The notes below the pieces were generated by a model. That model had not been told where the DNA came from. It saw only the letters and a program-made list of their open reading frames with translations, and did not search any database. Source: Oopsacas minuta (lineage: Eukaryota > Animalia > Porifera). Taken from it: 64,000 bases of DNA. This document shows positions 54,160 through 64,000 of the stretch, piece by piece; within the stretch, counting starts at the first letter, position 1; every line of letters begins with the position of its first letter. The stretch is taken from assembly GCA_024704765.1 (NCBI GenBank), contig JAKMXF010000166.1, positions 304,699 to 368,698 on the forward strand. The letters are read 5' to 3'. The translations under genes and the position numbers were made by a program.

Positions 54160-55921
54160 CCCATTTCCAGGAGAAGTCCTCCAATGTCATTGCAGAAGAC
54201 GAGGCCTTCTTGATGGCTAAAGTAATGAAGTAATCCTTCTTCTCTATGACGATAATATGTTATCTTAGTTCCTGGATGCAAAATTTCTGAACACTCTTTA
54301 GACAGGTTGAGGTTCCTGCTTAGATTATTGTGTTTCTCCAGATTGAATTGACCAAATATTGAAGAGCTGTTTTGGTCTCCAAGCTTCACCTCAAAGTAAG
54401 CAAAGTATGCCTTTCGCACGAAGTCTGAGATACTTCTTCTCTGATCTTTCAACGTATATTCACCACATATGTAACAGAACGTATTAGGATCATTAGAACA
54501 TTTTCTTCCTGACGATGCCATAGAGTTGGAATATGCTAGATACTTATAATTATAAACTATTGATTAAATTGAATATACATTTGAAAAAGGTAACTAACAA
54601 TATAAACATAAATGTAGACTAAAATCAAGAGCCAATCCAGCAAAGCCGATGCCATTTTCGAACTCAGCACAGCAAATATAGTCTAAATTCAATCTAAAAT
54701 CTTAGGCAACAGAAACAAAAATATGTTTTGTTGGCCTGTGTAATACATCATTAGTAATTTTATATAGTATTATCCTTTCTTAAATTTAGTATAATTCTTC
54801 TTGATCAGTATATTATTTGTCTTTAGTCTCGCAATTTGTTTAGTTTGCAAGATAAGTCATAATTCTACTAAATTGGATTACTGCATTCATAATTAAAAGT
54901 TAATATTCATACAGTGCAATTGTAATTAATTGTAATTGGGTTCGAAGAATTGAAATGTAATTGTAATGCTTTCCTTGACAACAGACAAACAAACAAACAA
55001 CAATTGAGATTCAATAATATAGATGTAGTTTGTGGATGACACTTCATTATATGATATTGTTTCGTGGCAAATAGGAATATTCCTACTAGGCGCAACAAAT
55101 TTGGAATATGTATATTATCTATTAAGATATTTTCCCTCGGAATAATGTCACACATACCTATAGGGAGTTGTTTGGATGCTTGGCTTGCCCCTCGTTGTTG
55201 GTTGGTGTATTTGAAGGGATATTGCCATGGTGAGAATCATTTTTATCGAATTAGTCTATCAAAATACGTTGTATTCATGCGTGTACTTTACTATTTGGAT
55301 TTAGGTGAAGAAATTTCCCTTGGTGTCAGAGATGCCATCAGGAAGTGATTCGATAATTGTAATTGTTGAAATAAATTGGAAATAACACCCGTTAATATTT
55401 CACAATGCATAAATTCTCACGCCAAGTAGGAATATTCCTACTTTGCATGGAATAATATTATTGTATCACAAATTTAATGATGTATCTTAAATTGAGAAAG
55501 ATTGTAAGTAGGAAAGATGAAATCCTCTATTTGTGAATAAAATAACCATTTCAACAGATTTACCAAATTATCAATTTCAAATGTACGTAATTGCAATTCT
55601 ACACTTTCTTGTGGATTACTAAATTTAGTGTCCATTAAACAAATAGAAATATGACACGTAATGAAATAAATGACGAACTTACCTACTGTAAGTTTCTTGC
55701 AATATAGGTCACGTTTCACAAAATATTTCTTCTTAACAAACACTACAGTAGAAGAACCTCCCAAGGTGAAAGTGCGGTGCGTGATAACATTGCAAATGTT
55801 CGAGGAAGCTGTACAATAGCACTGAATAAATTTATAGAAAACTTGTCTAGTCTGACATATAAATAAGAGAAGTACCCCATAGTTAATTATAACAATAATA
55901 TTCTTAACAAACAAGCTAACA

Positions 55922-57694
55922 ATGAAATCAATAAGCAAGGTACTATTATTATGTATTCTCGTTTTCAGACATTCAGCTGTTTTAGTCAGTGGTAATTGTG
56001 GGAATACAATAGTGACATGCTTTGAGGACGGTGATGAACTAGACTGTGAAGTTCGCGGGCATGATACAGAAGCAATACAGGAAAAAATCTATGAATGTTC
56101 TCAGGGAAGTTACCATTATCTTGATATTGAAATACTGGTGGGAGGTGCTGGTACTACGTTGAATATAAATATTCCTAGTAACATAGAAATTTTGGAAATA
56201 GAAAATCAATTCTATGAACCCATTTTTGTTGAAACTTCTACGATAAATTATAACGTGACTAAATTGATTTTTTACTACTATGAGGTGTTTATTAACCATA
56301 ACGACTTCTTTACGTATTTCCCGAACTTGGAGTACTACGAAGCTACTACGTTAGGATCGAATTTGATGCCATTTTTCTCACAAAATATACATCTCATAGA
56401 AATTGAAGTCGAAAGCTCGTTTATAAGAGAAGAGTCAAGTCGTGTCATTGATCGAACTCTTGTCGGGGGGCTGGATAAATTGGAGAAGTTATATTGGGAA
56501 TCCGGAGGCATAACAAAATTAATGTCAGATTCATTTAAAGGCACATACAAGTTAAGACGATTGAGTATAAATAACAATGAAATCCACGAGTTATATGACT
56601 GTACATTTGATGGTTTACATGAATTGGATACAATTTATCTTTCCAATAATGACATAACTACGGTTGGAGAATACACTTTCATTGATTTGGATGCATTAGA
56701 AGATGTTCGCTTGGGGCTTAATCCATCATTTCCACTATCAACCCTTACACTAGCCAAAAGCATTACACAAATCCACCTCGACAATTATAATCCAACGCTT
56801 TTGAGTCCAGAAATATTTGAACAATTTCCACAATTAAGTTACTTGTCTTTTGAATACATTGCATTCGATTGCACCTGTGAAACAGAATGGATCTACATAC
56901 TAGAAGACGTATATAATGTCGAAATAGAACTAGACTCATACAATTTTTGTCCAGGAAACCCAGGCCTCCAAGTCGATGATCCCAGCCTCTATGTGGGATG
57001 TGTTAACCCCGATTATCCGTGTTTCAACGATTCAATAGTCTGTCAGGGTTATAATTGGTATAGAGTTGATACAGAGACTGGTTGTAATTGTACTTATCCA
57101 CCAGAACGTGCCTTATACAATAATAGTAGTTTCGTATGCTCAGACATAGATGAGTGTGAAGACAGTAGTATTACATGTCAAGGTAACTGTATTAACACAC
57201 TTGGTTCATACACATGTGACTGTGGCGAGGGATTCGTTAATCTCAATGAAACTTTCTGCAATGATGTGAATGAGTGTGGGGTAAACAATGGAGGTTGTTC
57301 ACAGAATTGTACCAACACAATTGGTTCATTTTATTGTTCCTGTTTTGAGGGATACAACATCTCCACTTCAAACAATAGCGACTGCGAATTCATCACCATA
57401 AGCCCTCAAATCTCGAACTTTGGTGAGACTGAATATATAATAGTGGTGTTTGCTGTGATAATTTTCGTTCTAATCATATTATTAGTCCTGTTAATCGTGG
57501 TAATCTTGTTCCTTCTCTATCATTTCAGAGGGTTATATACAAAATATGTTCCAGAATATAATCCTACAATTGCTGAATTAGACAGAATGAAAGAGGTAGC
57601 ACCCATAATAGGAAACCCACTTCCCGAATCAGAAGTTGAAACCTTGAAACATGCTAATGTAGCTCTACAGGTTGAAACGAACTTCGACATCTGA
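55922..57694 (+). CDS. LRR + calcium-binding EGF type I membrane protein (right-arm copy, identical translation)
   Basis: Same 590-aa translation as 50161..51933. Confidence 0.9.
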   Translation: MKSISKVLLLCILVFRHSAVLVSGNCGNTIVTCFEDGDELDCEVRGHDTEAIQEKIYECSQGSYHYLDIEILVGGAGTTLNINIPSNIEILEIENQFYEPIFVETSTINYNVTKLIFYYYEVFINHNDFFTYFPNLEYYEATTLGSNLMPFFSQNIHLIEIEVESSFIREESSRVIDRTLVGGLDKLEKLYWESGGITKLMSDSFKGTYKLRRLSINNNEIHELYDCTFDGLHELDTIYLSNNDITTVGEYTFIDLDALEDVRLGLNPSFPLSTLTLAKSITQIHLDNYNPTLLSPEIFEQFPQLSYLSFEYIAFDCTCETEWIYILEDVYNVEIELDSYNFCPGNPGLQVDDPSLYVGCVNPDYPCFNDSIVCQGYNWYRVDTETGCNCTYPPERALYNNSSFVCSDIDECEDSSITCQGNCINTLGSYTCDCGEGFVNLNETFCNDVNECGVNNGGCSQNCTNTIGSFYCSCFEGYNISTSNNSDCEFITISPQISNFGETEYIIVVFAVIIFVLIILLVLLIVVILFLLYHFRGLYTKYVPEYNPTIAELDRMKEVAPIIGNPLPESEVETLKHANVALQVETNFDI

Positions 57695-59032
57695 CCAGAC
57701 TAGAATGGCAGTATCATCAGCTGATTGTTGAGTTCATTGTATGGATAATGTCTTTATGTTTCCTTGGTATACTATTTAGTCAGGCGTCTGTTGTTGTATT
57801 TACTTCTGTTCATATCTATTCTCCAGTCTTTATTTACTACTCATTTGTATGCTAGGCCAGTAGTGTATTTTGTAGCACTAATTCTATAATTACTTCCAAT
57901 CATACGATAAGTATTTTTTGAGGTGTGTAATATTTAGGTTTCATTGAAAATGTTGTGAAGTGCTTTCTTATAGATGACCAGTGGTGTAACTGAGGGGGAG
58001 GCAATGCCCCCCATTTGTCCGTTCTTGCCCTCCCATTTACAACATGAAACATTCTTATTAATAGGATCATTAACACTTTATTCTTACCCCATTATTGCTA
58101 TGGAACCACCATTTAAATCTTTATGCTTGATTTTTTTTTTTGAATATCATGCACTCGGAAATTTCCCCCTTGACATTTCTGGAGTGGTCGAACCTTAAAT
58201 TTTCACTCACTCGTAATACCTATTGAATACGATAGAACATCACTTGAGAACAGATGGAAATGTTGAAATCGATTGTATCCAGAATTACTCATGGCTAAGG
58301 ACTACTTAATTTCACATAATTTCGTGTATTATTTGCGTAATTATCATGAATTGTGTAATATGAATGTGGGATATTGTAGTTAAGCTAAAAACGGATTCAT
58401 TAACAGTTATCTGGTATGATAACATTTAATGCACCATTCCTACACTGAATAATTCCCGGTAACAATTAGATATTTCCAATTCTGTCCAGAAATCTCAGAT
58501 TGTAGACTTTTACAACTGAGCATAAATGTGTAAAATAGTAGGGTATAGTATAAAGTTGATACTGCAACACACAAAACTGCATTCTATGTTAATGAAAAAA
58601 GTTTCTAATTGACGGATTTGGCTTTATATATAGTGTCGTTGTGTGACACAATTTGGTAAATAACTCGAGCACTATAATTCTAATCGGTTGGCTCATAAAA
58701 GCGACAATGTAGCCCACGACTTGAACTATCCCAATAACCCAATTAGGATATTCTTATGCCACATTAGCACAAGTTTGTGTCGATAATCGTATATTATGAT
58801 TACGTAAATTATATTTTTACACCTTCTAGATTCTAGAAGGTTAGAGCCGGGAATATGCACATGATCATGTTTATCATATGTTTAATCATATTTCACACCT
58901 TTGCAGAGTGTTTAATATTCACAAGTAACTATTGAAATTAATCTCCTATGTAATAGCTATTGAATTACAGCACAGAACTGTAACTAACTGATAAGTGATA
59001 ACTAACAAACAAGTAAACAAGTGAGTAAATAC

Positions 59033-60283
59033 ATGGCAGAGAGAGAACCTGTAACACCAGACTCTACAACTACTCTCATCGACGTGGATAGGAGGGAAAA
59101 GACAGGAGGGTATCGAGCAGGCCTACTCAAGGAATAGGTCCACGAGAATATGAAGAAATTCATATTCTGTTCAAAATGTGATGGAATTAGCATAAAACCA
59201 CAGATCTCTGAAGGCAAGACATTCTGTACAAATTGTACAGAAGGTAGAGGCGGGGAAGTTGATGAGCAAGTAGAGGAGTTTGTAAGGGAACTGAAATGCA
59301 GATGTCCTCCATCAATACGAGGTTGTGATTGTTCAGGAAAGCTGAACAATATTGAGGAACACATGAATGGTTGTGTTAAAGAGAAAATGAAATGTCAGAA
59401 AGGATGTGGAAAGGTGTTACAAAAATGTGACACATTGGGACACCAGAAAGAGTGTCCCTTCCGAAATCAAAGGTGCAAGTACTGTAGAAAAGAAGTACAA
59501 GCTAACAGAACAAAAGAACACGCTAGAATTTGTCTGGGCAATCCAGATGGTGTGGTTATATGTCCTTATAAGGAAGTGGGTTGTGAGACAATTGAAATTG
59601 CAAGAAAGGACCTGGACACACATATAACTAAGAAAATGATTAGTCATCAGAAATTATTGCTATGTGAATTAAATCAGCTGAGAGAGAAAATGGATATGAA
59701 GGAATTTGAAATAAGCAATTTGGATAGATGGAATACTTCTAGGACGAGGAGTATATGGGTGATATCAGCACTAGTTATCATGGGTATAGCTATACTAATA
59801 CAGCTGGTACTTATAGTCAATCAGAAACAAATTGAAACATCTAAAGATAATAAACTACTGGAAGATAAACTTGATATTTTACGGCTCTACCTCTATCTAC
59901 AGGACAATTGGAATGGAAGATTAAAAGTGTTAAATAGAAGATAGAAAACAGAGAATATACTTACAGTGATCCATTCTATGTAGGTTTATACAAGTGTCAG
60001 GGGATTATTCTATGGGATCGGTGGAATACAGGTAAAGTACATGTATTGATTTATAATATGAAAGGAGCTTACGATGATAAACTACACTGGCCTATCAGAT
60101 ACAAATATACGTTTATTCTTCTCAATCACATTAACAGTAATACTAATTATGAATACACTACTCAGACCTAGTGAGGTGAGAAATGAAGGTTTTTGGCGTC
60201 CTTTATTAATTTCAAAGACTGAAATATTAGAAGATAAAGATTGTAAAGAAGACAGCATAACTCTTCAAATTAATATAAAATAG
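59033..60283 (+). pseudogene. TRAF-like pseudogene: RING, zinc fingers, hydrophobic helix, MATH domain
   Basis: ATG at 59033 and in-frame TAG at 59135. Zn fingers follow (CPFRNQRCKYC; CPYKEVGC). After a frameshift the MATH domain reads LEWKIKSVK*KIENREYTYSDPFYVG..MKGAYDDKLHWPIRYKYTFILLN, then a further frame gives EDSITLQINIK. Confidence 0.75.
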
Positions 60284-60364
60284 TTACCAGCATTATAACT
60301 TGTAGATATATTTTTCATAATATATTAGTCATATACTCTTGTATATAACAGACTTAGAGTGTTT

Positions 60365-60915
60365 TTGTACTTGATAGAATAAGAAATGGTGTCAAAATAA
60401 TATATTGATTCAGCCCTGGGCGTGTTCAGAGGTAAAATCCATAAGTGTGGTGGATGAATCCTATCAACACACCTGAGCAAAGGAAGGAATTCAGTGTGAA
60501 GTGGCGCCTTGTGAAGCGGACGCGCTGTCGGTCTATATGGATAAGAGGGGTCTAGCACATGCAGTCATCAGCCAGGACTCGGATATATTGGTATTTGGGT
60601 GTGATAGGGTCCTATTTAAGATGAATAATACCGGAAACGGTGTCCTTGTAAATGAGAATGAGGTCGGGAATATTACGGGACATAACATGGTAGGATTTAA
60701 TCAGGACTCCTTCCGGTATATGTGATTACCTAGATATTATTGGATTGGTTACTGCAGATAAGTTATTGAGGAAATAATGGTTCGATACGGAGGTGATAAT
60801 TCGAACAAACATCTTCAATCGCAGATGACTATGAGCATAATTTTAGGTAGGCCAATATGACGTTCCTGTACAAAACGGTTTTTGACCCTCAGACTAAACC
60901 AGGTCCCTTGACAGT
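60365..60915 (+). pseudogene. EXO1: Exonuclease 1 pseudogene fragment (right-arm copy)
   Basis: GIQCEVAPCEADA, AVISQDSDILVFGC.RVLFKM..GNG, FRYM then CDYL with CILSG deleted, DDYEHNFR*ANMTFLYKTVFDP; contains stops and deletions. Confidence 0.8.
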
Positions 60916-62704
60916 GTTCCTCCTAGAGGTTGAAGTGGAAACGATAACTTTGGTAAGGGGCAAGCAATGCCCACCAAAACCAAGTGCCTGGCACGTAGGA
61001 ATATTGATTGCAAGGAGTAGGTAGCATGGACACATAAGTATCTAGAAGATACATCAGTTTATGGACATATCTTGTATCTGGGAGAACACAAACTCACAAT
61101 ATGTGAAATTATATGAACCTTCCCACGTCCGTATACATCATGATCCTCAGTGTACTCATAGATACCATCAAGTGTTGCATATTGGTTATTACGTATGAAG
61201 ATTGAATATGATGACAAATCGATTCATGTAACATAACATACGTACACAGCTACCAGATCTATTGAGGTGAATAATTAGCTTTATCATGCATTTGAATTGC
61301 AATTACAATGGATATTCATCATCTTTTAACGAAATTTGATTTACATAAAAGTAATCCCTCTTAACTTTATATAAGGTGTCGGAAAGACACCAAGGCATAG
61401 AACCAACTTACCTGTAGTTTATTTATGTGAAGATTTGAATAAGTTTTAGTAAAGCAAATACAATTCACAATAATCCTTACTTATATCTGATTAAGAACAT
61501 AATATTATGGTTCTATTAGAAATGTATTCACATTCATTCATACTCAACTCTCAAGTTACAAAATCCATCGATTTAATTCCTATTTTTCAGTGAGAGATGA
61601 GACTAACAATTGATAGGACAGAGGGAATGTTTCTTATAAATTTCAATTACACCTCCATATAGAAAGGGATATACATATGTAGATTGCTGTGTAGCCTAAA
61701 TCTATACTAATCTTTCTATTTCCTCCTCACGTGCAATATAATTGTTTATCTCATCAGAGATTTCTATTAAAAGTATGATTTTTGGCTTAACAAGTAGTGT
61801 GGAATCATTTCTAATTAGGGTTCCCAATCCCAGGATCTCTTGCTAAGATATTAATGCAATGAGTAGAAGCAGGACGAGTATTTTCACCAGCTGCTTACCT
61901 CTGTATCAGTTTATTCAATTTGTTATACAAGTCTTGAACTAAATTCTCAAGAGGTTAGAGTCATAAACTTAATAATGAATCTATCAATACTCTTTGTTTT
62001 TTTCGATACAATGAGAGAAATAATCACGATTAGTATATTAATATCACTAAAACATTAATCAGAGATAAATATTATTACTTTAATGCTTTTCCGTTACACA
62101 GTGGAACTTGGTTAATACAAACACGGTTAATACGAATTTCGGGATAAGACGAACAAATATTTACACAATATCAGGGCCCTATAATGGTTATTCAATTGGA
62201 TTTACTCCGGTTAATACAAACTCAGGATAAAGCGAACAAATTTGACCGTCGTTGGTGTTCTATAACCTCCCAACCCATTCTCTTACAAATTAGTTTCAAT
62301 GAGCTCTATACCATTAGCGAGTGCAATAACAATCCTACACATATTCGAACCAATTTGGAAATAGCTCACTTGACTCACATCGTTTACGCATATACGTATA
62401 ATGTAATATTTTTGTATATTCTGTCAATAACTTTCCTACACTCCATTCAATATTACACTAGCTATATCCAGAGATCTCACGCTTTTTCTGTGTTCCAAAT
62501 TATAATCTCACGCCATTTTATGATTCTTTACTGTACATTTGGATGCCAAAATGCTAAATCTCACGCCTTGTGAGAAAAAATCTCATGTGTTGTTTAGACG
62601 TCAAGTTGACATCTATGTACATGTATAACAATATAAATCAATTACAAATATTTTATTCTTACAATCTAGCTAAATGTAAATAACATAATTCACTCTAGAC
62701 GTGG

Positions 62705-64000
62705 TTATTTTATGTGATAGAAAAACTCTATCAAAATACTATCTTTGACACAAATTCCTGGTTTCCCTATTAGATCCCAAGGGATGCTAGCTAATTTACA
62801 AATATTAACTGTACCCTTGAGTACATGTGAGTTCTTGTAGATGTATTGTGTTGTTTGGTGAATTTGATTCATTAGCACAATTCCTGAGTAGAAAGTATAG
62901 GTTTGCCTAGATGAGAGATTGATCTCACAAGTCAGCTCGATGTTTGGTGATTTTTTATTCTTCAGACATCTGCAAAATATGGATATCTTGTGTATTAAAT
63001 TATTTAAGGTCAATTCGTTCCCTTCTTCATTTAGATATACAAACACATTTCTGTTATTTATAACGTCATTTATTTGATCAACCATGAAGTTAAACTTTGA
63101 GGCCGATTTGATTGTTTTGTCATATTTTAAGCACGCTCCCTCGAATTTTACTTCTGTCTCTAACGAAGGTTCCACAATTTGTCTTAGTCTTTGATTATCT
63201 TTAGCTATTAAATCAAAGGTGGTTTGTATTTTTTCTATTTGTGTAGTTTTAGAATTGATCTCTTCTTTGAGAATTGAATTTTCATTATTGGTTTGTAATA
63301 TTTTATTTTGAAGGCTTTCTAGCTTCATTTCCATATGTAGCAGTCTGTTGTCATTATTGTGAGTATCTAAATGGTTTCTATATACTCTCTCACAACACCC
63401 ATACTTCTTGTAATCACATTCTAACAAAGTATTAGAACACATATCTTCTATGTGAGACTGCATGTCTTGTCTCAGTATTGTTTCTCCACACTTATTCACA
63501 CACTGTAACGGGAAATTTGTACACACTTCTAAATGGAGAGTGAGTCCACCAGCTCGGTGAGATTCTGTACAGAATTCACATTCAAGAATTCGATTGGTAC
63601 ATTGTTGAGTGATGTGTGTATTCATGTGGATCCTCTTGATGACAGCTCCACATGACAGGTGACATTCTTTGTGAAAATACTCACATGTGTCTAGATGAGC
63701 CTCTGCTGATGAAATGACATCTTCCCAGTCACATCCACGTGACTTCAAGGGACAGAAAATAATCAAACTACTTACTATCTCTCTGTTTGTTATCAAAACA
63801 TTGTATGGATTTCCTTCTGCACATACCAAGCATACGAATGTCTGAGGAGAACCTATTCCACAAGCACCTCGTGTTAATCCCTCACACTTACTGCAGATAA
63901 CTAAAGTTCTCAAGAATGAAGGAATCTCTTCCTTCAGGAGATCAGGCTTGTAGCCCAAACTATTCCCATCTTTCTCAATACACAACAGAGACTCTGTGTT
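62705..64000 (-). CDS. TRAF-like protein (RING, TRAF zinc fingers, coiled coil, divergent C-terminal domain); 5' end outside the window
   Basis: GYKPDLL..ICSKCEGL, CPLKSRGCDW, CTNRILECEFC, CDYKKYGC; the frame is open to the window edge. Confidence 0.88.
   Translation of the reverse strand, partial: NTESLLCIEKDGNSLGYKPDLLKEEIPSFLRTLVICSKCEGLTRGACGIGSPQTFVCLVCAEGNPYNVLITNREIVSSLIIFCPLKSRGCDWEDVISSAEAHLDTCEYFHKECHLSCGAVIKRIHMNTHITQQCTNRILECEFCTESHRAGGLTLHLEVCTNFPLQCVNKCGETILRQDMQSHIEDMCSNTLLECDYKKYGCCERVYRNHLDTHNNDNRLLHMEMKLESLQNKILQTNNENSILKEEINSKTTQIEKIQTTFDLIAKDNQRLRQIVEPSLETEVKFEGACLKYDKTIKSASKFNFMVDQINDVINNRNVFVYLNEEGNELTLNNLIHKISIFCRCLKNKKSPNIELTCEINLSSRQTYTFYSGIVLMNQIHQTTQYIYKNSHVLKGTVNICKLASIPWDLIGKPGICVKDSILIEFFYHIK

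Larger units (their letters stand above)
45612..62243. repeat. Giant inverted repeat: arms 45612-53695 and 54160-62243 (8,084 bp each), spacer 53696-54159 (464 bp)
   Basis: All paired ORFs have coordinates summing to 107855 and identical translations. Spot checks, including an 11-nt A/T run, showed no mismatch. Boundaries were read directly. Confidence 0.97.

Noticed and set aside
62184-62573. 129-aa ORF crossing the palindrome's right boundary
   Set aside because: Starts in MITE sequence and has low-complexity composition; no homology recognised.

Overview
Eukaryotic, AT-rich, gene-dense and intron-poor animal DNA. The gene set (ELMO, TAF5, AP4S1, ANKRD11/12, TRAF-like and coiled-coil+NHL families) suggests an early-branching metazoan. 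A glass sponge such as Oopsacas is my inference, not something the sequence proves. Positions 1-45 kb hold 15 consecutive host genes, all on the + strand: two orphan ORFs, ELMO, PHF7/G2E3-like, RTCB, a signal-anchored TTL-family ligase, a LamG/EGF/mucin membrane protein, AP4S1, ADHFE1, a YtcJ-like amidohydrolase, TAF5, a phostensin/taperin-like protein, an NHL protein, a G-alpha and ANKRD11/12. They are interspersed with MITEs and one full-length Ginger-type DNA transposon (169-bp TIRs, TATA TSD). Positions 45.6-62.2 kb form a giant palindrome: two 8,084-bp apparently identical arms around a 464-bp spacer, centred in a broken Chapaev-like transposase. The palindrome duplicates an intact LRR-EGF-TM receptor gene, a TRAF pseudogene and an EXO1 pseudogene, and is flanked by a 9-bp direct repeat. 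A TRAF-like gene runs off the right edge. The best leads are the palindrome, the co-directional gene run with AG acceptor-like motifs just upstream of start codons plus a dispersed donor+hairpin repeat (possible trans-splicing), the secretory TTL ligase, and the phostensin/taperin homologue. All assignments come from motif recognition by eye; no database searches were run.
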